Below, piece after piece: positions 47,829-56,265 of a stretch of DNA of 64,000 nt; positions within the stretch are counted from its first letter, which is position 1; every line of letters starts with the position of its first letter. The DNA is from Patescibacteria group bacterium (GTDB lineage: Bacteria > Patescibacteriota > Minisyncoccia > Phycocordibacterales > UBA918), in the NCBI GenBank assembly GCA_038065355.1, contig JBBTRC010000008.1:5406-69405 (forward strand), written 5' to 3'. The notes beneath the pieces are model-generated. The model was not told the DNA's origin. It made no database searches and saw nothing but the letters and a program-made list of their open reading frames with translations. The position numbers and the translations under genes were made by a program.

Positions 47829-48542
47829 TTATTCAAATAATGCACTGGCAATGACCAATACGTAGAAAATTGCAGGCGCAACAACGAACCAGAATATACC
47901 TCGACCTTTCTGCACATGCATGACTTTTTTCACACCCTGATAACTAATATAAATTGAGTAGCCGATTGCCAAGAGAGAAAGAATTCCAAAAATAACATCC
48001 ACACTGGATGCTTCTGAATAATAGAGATCAAAATAATCACTGCCGTAAGCAACGTGATTAAGGAGCAGAGAACCAATAGCTGTCACTGAAATTGGGAGAG
48101 AAGAAAAAGTATAGATATTTCGGGCTGTATCGATAGTGCCAGATCCTTTTGACCATCCGACTCGAACATGATAGAACCAGCCACCGATGTAATAAGCAAT
48201 TGCTCCAGATAAGATACCTCCGAATAGAGCAATCGCCCAAACTTCACCCCAACTAGAGGATTCAGAGCCAGTAAGTCGATCCGCTGCACTCCCGATACCA
48301 AGAATCCAAATCGCCAAAAGTAGGTATTTTGGATTAGATGTAACCAGATGTTTCTGTGCGAATTCGCTAAAGTTTGTAAAACAGTCTTTAAAATACTCAA
48401 AGAATTTAACTCTATCTGCACTAGGAACAGACGTAGGCTCTGGGGTTGCGACTGGAACACTAGTTTGCTCCCCAGCTTTTTGTGGACTTTTGTCTAAGAA
48501 ATCAAAATTTAAAGATTTTTTCTCGTTCATATATTTATCCAA
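47829..48542 (-). CDS. Polytopic membrane protein (Yip1-like topology)
   Basis: Soluble N-terminal ~60 aa, then 5 TM helices. Confidence 0.4.
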   Translation of the reverse strand: MDKYMNEKKSLNFDFLDKSPQKAGEQTSVPVATPEPTSVPSADRVKFFEYFKDCFTNFSEFAQKHLVTSNPKYLLLAIWILGIGSAADRLTGSESSSWGEVWAIALFGGILSGAIAYYIGGWFYHVRVGWSKGSGTIDTARNIYTFSSLPISVTAIGSLLLNHVAYGSDYFDLYYSEASSVDVIFGILSLLAIGYSIYISYQGVKKVMHVQKGRGIFWFVVAPAIFYVLVIASALFE

Positions 48543-50130
48543 AGATTGCTCCTAAAACAATTATAATAATAATCCACACGACCCAGCCGATCACACTCGA
48601 CTTTGTGTTCTCTGCTTTTTTATTTTTAATCACTTCACCAAGTCCTACGTAATAGTAGGAGTTGAGAAGGATCTTAATTGCCATCTGCTCCCAGCGTTCA
48701 TCGAATGCCTCATCGATTTTCTTCAACATCTTATTTTGAACCTCATCCACTTCACTTGCATTATCCGCAGTAAGAACCTTAACGTTGTTTTTAATCAAAT
48801 CTAGCCAGGAGTCGATTACGCTCTTGTCTACATCATAAATTTCAATGTGTTCATACACAATCGATGCTGATTTTTGAAGTCCAGGTCGAGCCTCGTCGTA
48901 TTTATCAGCTTCAAATAACTTCTTCGCCTCAACGAACTCGACCACAGCATACATCGTAACAGCTTCCTTTTTCTTGCTATCCATCGCATTTTTAAATTCT
49001 GGATCTTTGCTCTCAGACTTCTTTTGATCTATGAGTGCTATCGCTTCTTGGAACTTCTTCTCATTCATGAGTTCCATGATTGGAGCTGTTGCATTTAAGA
49101 ACTTCTTATTTTCTTCAAATTGGTCGAGATCCTGCTTAAGTTTGTTTTCCATCCCAGATGTACCAACAAACTGCATAGCAATCTTTAGAAGTTGCTCAGC
49201 TTTGGGCATATCGTCCAAATTATTGTGGATATCAAGAACAATAGAACGTATCGCACCCGCCGCTCGGTCACGTATCGTTTTTGATTGACTGTCATCATAT
49301 AGACCGAGATCGATCAGCTTGTTGCAACAATCTTGGATTTTTCCGATATGTTCTTTGATATCTGAAGCTTCTTGTGCATCAAGGTCACCATCCTCTGAAA
49401 CCTTCATTGCTTCGAGCTTCTCGACCGCTTCTGTAATCTCCTGAAATATTGGAGCCATTACAACTTTCTCAGTCTTTTCTCCACGAAGATTAAATACTTT
49501 AGTAAATTCAGCTATGTAACCTCCATCCTCTCGAGAATGACTAATCTCTGTATAAAGATCAGAGAGAAATGAGGGTATCTGTTTATGAAAATCAGAGATA
49601 ACTTCTTGATCAGTATCAAGCTCATCGTTATGCTTATATACCTTTGTGAAAGCTGTCCAGAATTTTGATGAGTTAGTAAGCTCGTGCCAGATTTTTAAAG
49701 ACTCTTTTAGATATCGTTTATTGTCTTCTTTGAAAAGTAAGATGCAATACAGAAGCGCTAGATTCTTTTTATAAAACATCGCCTTTGTAGTATCGCCTTC
49801 GGAATTATGTTCCCAAACCCTTATAGCTCCTTCTGGATCTTTCTTACGAAGAATACCGACCGCTTGTTCGTCTACATCGTCAGAAATATGAAACCAGAAG
49901 AAATAATCCTTAATCTGCTTCTTTGGTGAAGAGAGTTTTTGAACAGCGTCCTTTATTGCACCTTCCGTTCGAAAGTTATCGAACACTCCCATATCTAGGT
50001 CGTATTCTGGAGTATCATCAATTTGGAGAAACTTTACAATTTCCTTTGCACGTTTCTGCATATCTCGTTGTGAAGCCGACGTGTCGAGACCGAGGATGTG
50101 ATATGCATTATTTTTTAATAGGTTTGACAT
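48535..50130 (-). CDS. J-domain-like protein with degenerate HPD motif and long helical C-terminal region; putative co-chaperone of adjacent Hsp70
   Basis: N-terminus NAYHILGLDTSASQRDMQKRAKEIVKFLQIDD aligns to the J-domain helices II-III (Y.ILG...AS...I.KAY.KL....HPD) but has IDD where HPD should be. Its start overlaps the next gene by 8 nt and lies 4 nt below the Hsp70 stop codon. Confidence 0.45.
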   Translation of the reverse strand: MSNLLKNNAYHILGLDTSASQRDMQKRAKEIVKFLQIDDTPEYDLDMGVFDNFRTEGAIKDAVQKLSSPKKQIKDYFFWFHISDDVDEQAVGILRKKDPEGAIRVWEHNSEGDTTKAMFYKKNLALLYCILLFKEDNKRYLKESLKIWHELTNSSKFWTAFTKVYKHNDELDTDQEVISDFHKQIPSFLSDLYTEISHSREDGGYIAEFTKVFNLRGEKTEKVVMAPIFQEITEAVEKLEAMKVSEDGDLDAQEASDIKEHIGKIQDCCNKLIDLGLYDDSQSKTIRDRAAGAIRSIVLDIHNNLDDMPKAEQLLKIAMQFVGTSGMENKLKQDLDQFEENKKFLNATAPIMELMNEKKFQEAIALIDQKKSESKDPEFKNAMDSKKKEAVTMYAVVEFVEAKKLFEADKYDEARPGLQKSASIVYEHIEIYDVDKSVIDSWLDLIKNNVKVLTADNASEVDEVQNKMLKKIDEAFDERWEQMAIKILLNSYYYVGLGEVIKNKKAENTKSSVIGWVVWIIIIIVLGAIFG

Positions 50131-50133
50131 AAA

Positions 50134-52647
50134 TTATTTAGTAATACCAGACATGTTACCTTGTATCATTTTCTGCTCGCTCGGCGGAAGGAGAAGCATC
50201 AGGTTGTGTACCGACCTTTTAAGTTCCTCAACATCGCCAAGCTCAAGGGCACGCTGTCCTTTATTCATGTAGTACTCAGCCTCTTTCGGACTTGTCCAAG
50301 CATGACTAGTTTCCTTTATCTTATTGAACATATAGACCCATGATGCAGGATTTGAGAAAAGTGCCTTATGATTGAGTTCTTGAAGCTGTTCCAATGAACG
50401 GCTGAGCATTACCTTGTCCTCTTTACCAATAGCCAGATCAGCTTCTTCCTTGATCACACGCAACTGGTCTTCGTACATTGCTTTTTCTGTCTGTTCACTC
50501 CATTCACTAATAATTCCTTCTACACTTTTTACCTTTTCTTCGTATTCTGATTTAAGCTGTGGAAACTCTTTCATCTTTTCGAGACCATCGAGCCGGATTT
50601 TTAGATCTTTGAGTTGTTTATCAGCCTTTCGTTTTTCATCCTCATCCACTTTTGCAGTCGATAGACTTCCTTCAAGAGACTGGACCAGATTCTGAAGCTT
50701 ACCTTTCTCTTCTGGAGTACATGATTGTTCGACTTTTTTCGCACGCTCGCTCTGCTCCTTGAGCTGTGTCTCCATTTCTTCGACACTCAAATTTTCTGCA
50801 TGGATTGTCGCACGTGCACTAAACGTGAGATCAATCGACGGAATAAACGCCTCCACCTTAACCTCACGAGATTCGTTCACCTCGATTGTAAGTGCAATTT
50901 CTGTACCTTCTGGTAAATCATATGGGAGTTTTTCTCCTGTCACCTTGAGGTCACAAATGAACTGATTCTGATCTGGCACAGCTGATTCACCTTCACGGAT
51001 TTTGATCGGGAGTGCGTTCTCTTTATCACCTTTGGCAAGCGGTTTAAGTGTCTTATATGTATGTGTGGCTTTGAGGGGAAGAATACTATTTTTCTCAAAA
51101 ATCACTTCAAACTCCTCGGTCATAGCAAAGCTAGCACCACTGAATCCACGCTTTACAACTCCTACTCCTATGGAGTGTGGTATCGGTGCACCAGACACTG
51201 AAAGACCGTGCGTTATAGAGAACGCCTCTGGTTCGGTTTTGATCGGGTTTCCTTCTGCATCGAACAAGTAAATCCAAAAGAGAGTAGTTTTGTTTTTATC
51301 GAGATTTACAGTTTCAATAAATTTGCCATTCTTAAGTTTTATTTTCTTTCCGCTAAAGAGTCCTCCCTCGCTCTGTATCTGAATGAAGTATTCTTCTTCT
51401 GTATCCTTAAGCTCTTCTACGACTCCAGTTATGGTCTCTTCGGTTTCGGAAGTCAGGGATTCATAGTTGAGACGCAAGGTTTTAATTGAGGAATCAGTTA
51501 ACTTTTTTGACTCAAGAAATTCCTTTGGAATCTTCTGGCTCACAGCATAGATACATGCACCACGCGCAACGACGGTTAGTGGATCGGACGAAGTGTCTAC
51601 TTCTATCTTCAAGTCTTTTTCCAAACGATCTTTTACGTACGGAATCATAGTAGGTCCGCCAACAAGTACAATCCTTGAAATGGATGATTGCTTCACTCCA
51701 GCCTCCTTAATGGTCTCCTTACTCAATTCAACAGTTTTATCGACAAACGGTTTAATCAGCTTTTCGAAATCTTTACGGGTAAAAGGTATAGTGAGATATA
51801 TTTCCTTGTTGTTGTCATCATCACCGATCTTTTCAACCTCGATAGTTATTTCATCAGTTTGAGAAAGTGAAATCTTTGCCGTCTCTGCATAGTATTTAAG
51901 CTTTGCAAACACACTACGATATTTTTTACTACTACGAGTAAAGTCTTCGATTTCATACTTTTCTAGAATAGCTGGTACGATGACCTTATCCACAACAGCC
52001 CAATCGAAATCTTTACCACCAAGGAAGTTGTCTCCATTATGCCCTAGTACAGAAAGTGCACCGTCCTTTGACGAAATGAGGGCAACATCGAACGTACCGC
52101 CTCCCAAGTCATACACAAGCCAGTTTTCATTCTGAGAATTCATAAAACCGTAAGCTATTGCCGCCGCAATCGGTTCCTGTATTAAGACCACATGCTTGAA
52201 GCCCGCAACATTACCCGCACGCTTGGTGGCTTCTGCTTGAAGCGTTGAAAAATAGGCAGGTATCGTGATGACAACACCAGTGGTTGGTGTGCCAGGATAC
52301 TTACGCAAAACATCTTCTTTAAGGCTCTTTAAAATTTCTCCAGAAATTTCTTCTGGAGACATATCCTCACCAAGACGATCGAAATGGACGGTGTCCGAAG
52401 TACCCATCAAGCGTTTTACTTCCGCCTTGTTATTTGAAAATTCTTCTTCTGATGCGTCTTTATAGAGACGCTCATAGGCTCGTTTTCCGACAACTTTATT
52501 TTTTGCTTTATCTACGCCAAAAACTGACGGCGTGTATTCATCATTAAAAATATTTTTAACCACCTCCACATGGTTTTTATTGTTTGCTGCAACTTCGGAA
52601 TTTGTTGTACCTAGGTCGATACCAATCTGTATGTTTTGGTTGTTCAT
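50134..52647 (-). CDS. Atypical Hsp70-family ATPase (DnaK-like NBD+SBD with about 200-aa coiled-coil C-terminal extension)
   Basis: IGIDLGTTNSEVA phosphate-1 motif, DLGGGTFDVALIS, and IVLVGGPTMIPYV. 837 aa compared with about 640 for DnaK. Confidence 0.8.
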   Translation of the reverse strand: MNNQNIQIGIDLGTTNSEVAANNKNHVEVVKNIFNDEYTPSVFGVDKAKNKVVGKRAYERLYKDASEEEFSNNKAEVKRLMGTSDTVHFDRLGEDMSPEEISGEILKSLKEDVLRKYPGTPTTGVVITIPAYFSTLQAEATKRAGNVAGFKHVVLIQEPIAAAIAYGFMNSQNENWLVYDLGGGTFDVALISSKDGALSVLGHNGDNFLGGKDFDWAVVDKVIVPAILEKYEIEDFTRSSKKYRSVFAKLKYYAETAKISLSQTDEITIEVEKIGDDDNNKEIYLTIPFTRKDFEKLIKPFVDKTVELSKETIKEAGVKQSSISRIVLVGGPTMIPYVKDRLEKDLKIEVDTSSDPLTVVARGACIYAVSQKIPKEFLESKKLTDSSIKTLRLNYESLTSETEETITGVVEELKDTEEEYFIQIQSEGGLFSGKKIKLKNGKFIETVNLDKNKTTLFWIYLFDAEGNPIKTEPEAFSITHGLSVSGAPIPHSIGVGVVKRGFSGASFAMTEEFEVIFEKNSILPLKATHTYKTLKPLAKGDKENALPIKIREGESAVPDQNQFICDLKVTGEKLPYDLPEGTEIALTIEVNESREVKVEAFIPSIDLTFSARATIHAENLSVEEMETQLKEQSERAKKVEQSCTPEEKGKLQNLVQSLEGSLSTAKVDEDEKRKADKQLKDLKIRLDGLEKMKEFPQLKSEYEEKVKSVEGIISEWSEQTEKAMYEDQLRVIKEEADLAIGKEDKVMLSRSLEQLQELNHKALFSNPASWVYMFNKIKETSHAWTSPKEAEYYMNKGQRALELGDVEELKRSVHNLMLLLPPSEQKMIQGNMSGITK

Positions 52648-52659
52648 AAAATATATTCC

Positions 52660-53181
52660 TTAGTTACTTAATAATATGATCTTGGCCTTTTTAACGACCT
52701 GACCTTTAACCAAAATTGTTGGCTCAACGGTTTCTTTCACCACAGGCGATACCACGGTAGGATCTTTTTCTACCGAGAGAACATCTAGGTTCAGTCCGTC
52801 ATTGAATTTCTGATTGGTGTAATCAATAATCTCAATGTCGTAATTGGATATATACCGTCTAAACTTGAGGACAGAATTCTCTAACCCCTTTCGTTGGTTT
52901 TCCTGAAGACTGTCAGCAATTTTTAATAATCGTTGTTCAACTCGCCACACTTCTGTCGCAAGTTCAACGAGTTCAGCGACGCTCGTAGAAAGATTTATAG
53001 ATTTGGGAGCAACAGCGTATTTAATTTCCTCGCTAATCTTTTTGTAGAGTTCATCAAATTTATCTGAAGCTTCTGTACTCTGCCCTGATTTGCGTCTAAG
53101 TAAATATAGAAATGCAAATATAAAAAATATCGCAATTACGAGAACGAGTATAAATATTGGATTTAAAAATAAGTTATTCAT
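52660..53181 (-). CDS. Membrane-anchored hypothetical protein
   Basis: N-terminal TM (LNPIFILVLVIAIFFIFAFLYLL), followed by a helical region. Confidence 0.4.
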   Translation of the reverse strand: MNNLFLNPIFILVLVIAIFFIFAFLYLLRRKSGQSTEASDKFDELYKKISEEIKYAVAPKSINLSTSVAELVELATEVWRVEQRLLKIADSLQENQRKGLENSVLKFRRYISNYDIEIIDYTNQKFNDGLNLDVLSVEKDPTVVSPVVKETVEPTILVKGQVVKKAKIILLSN

Positions 53182-53182
53182 T

Positions 53183-53518
53183 TTATTTCATTAACTCGTC
53201 AGTAGGGACACCTACTGCTTTAGCCAATTTGGCAATGGTTGCGAGAGTGGGGTTTGTCTTACCATTCTCGATATTGCTTATAAAGCTTCGACTGACCTCA
53301 AGTTCCCGAGCAATATCACCCTGAGAGATATTCTTTGCTGTTCGGATACGCTTAAGGTTATTACCTAATTTTTCTGACTCGCTTTTCATAATCTCACTAT
53401 ACGCTCTGTTATAGTTTAACACAACAGTATCATATAGTGTACTACCTCCAGAGTGTTCTAGTTGTGCAGAAAGTATGCTCATGATAATTCGACTTTCTCT
53501 CTTAAATCTTGGAAGCAA
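53183..53518 (-). CDS. XRE-family HTH transcriptional regulator (Cro/CI-like)
   Basis: C-terminal HTH_3: LKRIRTAKNISQGDIARELEVSRSFISNIENGKTNPTLATIAKLAKAVGV. Confidence 0.65.
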   Translation of the reverse strand: MLPRFKRESRIIMSILSAQLEHSGGSTLYDTVVLNYNRAYSEIMKSESEKLGNNLKRIRTAKNISQGDIARELEVSRSFISNIENGKTNPTLATIAKLAKAVGVPTDELMK

Positions 53519-54072
53519 ACTGGTGATATTTGTTGCTTAGTAAGGAGCACCATCGATACGCTAGCCCTGTTTTTCGATATATTTCGTAGTTCATCTTTAG
53601 AAAGGACATAGAAGCACCACTGATCCATATCGAGGATGTCGAGCGTGGCGTGTTCTTGGTGTTTGAACAGTGCAAGGACGTAGATGTCGGATTTGTAGTC
53701 GGCAAGCTTGTTCAATTCAGAAAGCTTAGTGACGGCTTCCGAGTAGTACAGTTCTTTTGCTTTGAGTCCTGACCATTGGATCGTCGTGAGTTTGTTCTGA
53801 TCCCAGTCTTGGATATATGAACAGCATTTCACTTCTATCTTCTTTCCTTTATACAAAACATCGTAGTCACCCCACGGACTGCGAACTTCAATCTCCATAT
53901 TGTCCTTGAGTGCGTTCTCGACGATGAACTCGGCAAGTGCACCTCGAAGTACGTTCGAGTTCAGACTTGAAAAGCCATACTGCCAGAATTCCAGTACGGA
54001 GAATTTCTTTTGACCGACATTTTTAAATTGTTCAGAGCCTGTGAGTTTGCTCACAGGAATTCTTTTATACAT
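53479..54072 (-). CDS. Hypothetical protein with PD-(D/E)xK-nuclease-like motif
   Basis: GDYDVLYKGKKIEVKC fits the D ... E-x-K pattern, a weak single-motif call. First gene of the minus-strand block, overlapping the XRE gene by 40 nt. Confidence 0.3.
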   Translation of the reverse strand: MYKRIPVSKLTGSEQFKNVGQKKFSVLEFWQYGFSSLNSNVLRGALAEFIVENALKDNMEIEVRSPWGDYDVLYKGKKIEVKCCSYIQDWDQNKLTTIQWSGLKAKELYYSEAVTKLSELNKLADYKSDIYVLALFKHQEHATLDILDMDQWCFYVLSKDELRNISKNRASVSMVLLTKQQISPVCFQDLREKVELS

Positions 54073-54075
54073 TTT

Positions 54076-54177
54076 TTTGGACGGTTTTAGTTTCGGTCAG
54101 GTAGCAAAAAGCTCCTAACCAGGCCGATATACCCCGTGAGATATACCCATACCCCTTTCGAGATATGACCGTCCAAA
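54076..54177. repeat. MITE-like 102-bp element bounded by 10-bp terminal inverted repeats (tttggacggt ... accgtccaaa) in the divergent control region
   Basis: TIRs are exact reverse complements. The interior contains gatataccc x2 and gagatat x2. It begins 4 nt upstream of the start codon of 53479..54072. Confidence 0.4.
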
Positions 54178-54203
54178 GTAGCTCTGATTAGGAGTTCTTT
54201 ACT

Positions 54204-54260
54204 TTGGACGGATTTTCGACCATATCCGAAAAGTTTTAAGGCTTTTCGGGGTTAGGTCTC
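54204..54260 (+). repeat. Copy A of direct repeat ttggacggNttttcgaccatatc ... gggttaggtct, upstream of the DGR target gene
   Basis: Shares a 23-nt core and an 11-nt 3' box with copy B at 57328..57376. The core is also the near-palindromic partner of the MITE-like element's right end. Confidence 0.4.
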
Positions 54261-54547
54261 TTATTCAGTTGTACCTAGAACATAATACCAAAATTGATGG
54301 TATTAGTCAGTAGCTTAGCTTAGAAAAAGGCAGTTGCGAAGCCCTTTTACCGACATTTGACAGATTGCCAAAATCATTGACAAACAGTCATTTGTTTGAT
54401 ATGATACTTGAGACTGCTCTTTGAGATAAGAATCACTGCATAACGATGTTTGAGATGAGCTTTTTGAGCCTTAAATCAGGGCCTAGAAAGCTCGTCTCAA
54501 ACTGAGGCAAGTCGTTCCGAGCGTTCTCGGTAAATCAGCAAAAGGAG

Positions 54548-55348
54548 ATGATGTCGATGAAAACATTGAACACGTCTGCACTGGTAACCGCAGACAGTCC
54601 GAAAGGACAGAGAGCTACCGAAACGTTCCGTGCCCAATACAACAAGGCGGGACTCAACGACGAAAGCGCACAAATCCTGAACGAGAATCCCGGCTTCGCC
54701 GTGTATCTCGCCGAAGGTATCCGTCGCTTCTCAGCCAAAGCGCCCGACTACGGTTTGGCGCAGTCAATCCTCGGCACGGATTTCATCACGCCAGAGGAAG
54801 TCAGCAAGGCTCGCCCGAGCATCGTGTACACCGACGACCAGATCACGGCACTCGCCGAAAGTCTGCCGTCGGAAGACATGCTCAAGTGGTGCAAGGACAA
54901 CGGTTACGCCGTCATGCCCGCACCGCCCACGGCGATGTCACTGCTCGACGTTCGGGAGATCCAGTCCACCCACTTCTACTCGAAGACGGGTGGGTGGTAT
55001 TCCGACCAGAAGTTCGCTCGCGAAGACAGGACGTCTTTCGGATGGCTCGCCATCAAGAAGACTCCGATCTCCGACTCGACCAGCAAAAACTGGAACGAGC
55101 AGAACAAGCTTCTGTCCGCACTCGAGACGGTGCCTAACGCCGCCGAGATGAGCTGGTTCATCACGACCTATTTCGAGGTCCGTGGTATCCGACTCTTCGA
55201 AAGCATCTACGTTCGGACTTCCAGTCTCGGCTCGGGCGGTGGCCGTGTTCTCGTCGGCAGCTTCGTTTCCGGGGGTCTCATCGTCAACGACTGGGACGGC
55301 GACCGCCGCGACAGCAACATCGGCTTGTCGGGTGCCAGGAAGCAGTGA
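54548..55348 (+). CDS. DGR target (variable) protein; C-terminal variable repeat in a presumed C-type-lectin/FGE-like fold
   Basis: The last ~40 codons (VR) are a near-copy of the downstream TR, differing only at TR adenines. It ends ... NIGLSGAR, resembling the conserved CLec-fold VR terminus. AGGAG RBS at 54543 fits best with the ATG at 54557. Confidence 0.7.
   Translation: MMSMKTLNTSALVTADSPKGQRATETFRAQYNKAGLNDESAQILNENPGFAVYLAEGIRRFSAKAPDYGLAQSILGTDFITPEEVSKARPSIVYTDDQITALAESLPSEDMLKWCKDNGYAVMPAPPTAMSLLDVREIQSTHFYSKTGGWYSDQKFAREDRTSFGWLAIKKTPISDSTSKNWNEQNKLLSALETVPNAAEMSWFITTYFEVRGIRLFESIYVRTSSLGSGGGRVLVGSFVSGGLIVNDWDGDRRDSNIGLSGARKQ
55225..55339 (+). repeat. DGR variable repeat (VR)
   Basis: 115-bp alignment to TR (offset +477) with 17 mismatches, all where TR has A. 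The last 26 bp are identical and GC-rich (IMH-like). Confidence 0.8.
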
Positions 55349-55701
55349 TCCTTGATCCCTTGAGGACTTGTTCCTCTTGAATACTTGAGCCTTCGCGAAA
55401 TTTTTTTTCGCGAAGGCTCTTTCTTTTTATACATAAACAAAATATACTCTTATTATCTTGCTCATGTAGCTTGGATCACGGTTCAAGCTCGCGAGATACC
55501 TCACCTGAGAACTGCCTGAGTGCCATTAGTCTACGGATTACGGCAGAGCGCAGTAAAGGATAGAGAGAACTTCTTGCCTGTTTCTAGTGGAGATGTCTTT
55601 GAAAAAAGACTGCTCCCAAATAAAATTCAGAGATGGGAGGATATAGACCTGTAAAGGTAGTAAACCTCGATTCTCGGTGACACAGACGGAAATGGGCAAT
55701 A

Positions 55702-55816
55702 TCTCGACTCGGACGGTAACCGTGTTAACGTCGGCAACTTCGATTCCAAGGGTCTCAACGTCAACAACTGGAACGACGACAACCGCAACAGCAACATCGG
55801 CTTGTCGGGTGCCAGG
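55702..55816 (+). repeat. DGR template repeat (TR)
   Basis: Non-coding copy of the VR, rich in AAC codons in the VR frame (gacggtaaccgtgttaacgtcggcaacttcgattccaagggtctcaacgtcaacaactggaacgacgacaaccgcaacagcaac). Confidence 0.8.
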
Positions 55817-55836
55817 CAGTCATAACTCTATCCAAG

Positions 55837-55861
55837 GAAAACCCACGTAATGTGGGTTTTC
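55837..55861. terminator. 10-bp hairpin gaaaacccac-gtaat-gtgggttttc immediately 3' of TR and 3' of avd (opposite strands)
   Basis: Exact reverse-complement arms, with a T-tract on the plus strand and an A-tract on the minus. Confidence 0.4.
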
Positions 55862-55863
55862 TG

Positions 55864-56265
55864 TTAACGCTCTCTCGTGGACTTTATCCAGCCTCCAAGC
55901 ATTCTTCCGATCTCATCAAGGTTCGCTTCGATAATGATGTATTTCTTGGAGTCGATTGCCTTGATGTCCTTCATGAGACGGATGCACACTCGTAGAAAGT
56001 TAAGCTTGACGCTCGTCTTCTCCAAGGTCGGCAATTTGTCCGCTTTGGATTGCTGGCTTGAGAAAAGAATTCCCTCCAGAACCTCGATCAGAAGACTCTC
56101 GCACTTTTGCCAGAGCGTATAGCGGTCTTGTTTTGGTACGCTCAGCCTCAGAGCATAAAACTCTTTGTACAAATCGTAGGACTTCTTGAATATTGGTATG
56201 TCTAAGTCATTCATATATGAAGATTCATAATAATTTATATTGGTTGATAATTTCTCCCGAAACAC
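55864..56265 (-). CDS. avd: DGR accessory variability determinant (Avd), four-helix-bundle family
   Basis: C-terminus IIEANLDEIGRMLGGWIKSTRER matches Bordetella phage bAvd ... LIAEVGRILGSWIARVNRK. Size 117-133 aa. The probable start is Met18 at 56214. Confidence 0.6.
   Translation of the reverse strand: MFREKLSTNINYYESSYMNDLDIPIFKKSYDLYKEFYALRLSVPKQDRYTLWQKCESLLIEVLEGILFSSQQSKADKLPTLEKTSVKLNFLRVCIRLMKDIKAIDSKKYIIIEANLDEIGRMLGGWIKSTRER

Noticed and set aside
54548-55348. Signal peptide or lipoprotein anchor on the DGR target protein
   Set aside because: The N-terminus (MMSMKTLNTSALVTADSPKGQRATE) is hydrophilic. No signal sequence is present, so the target is not an obvious surface or tail-fibre protein. 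Function is left open.
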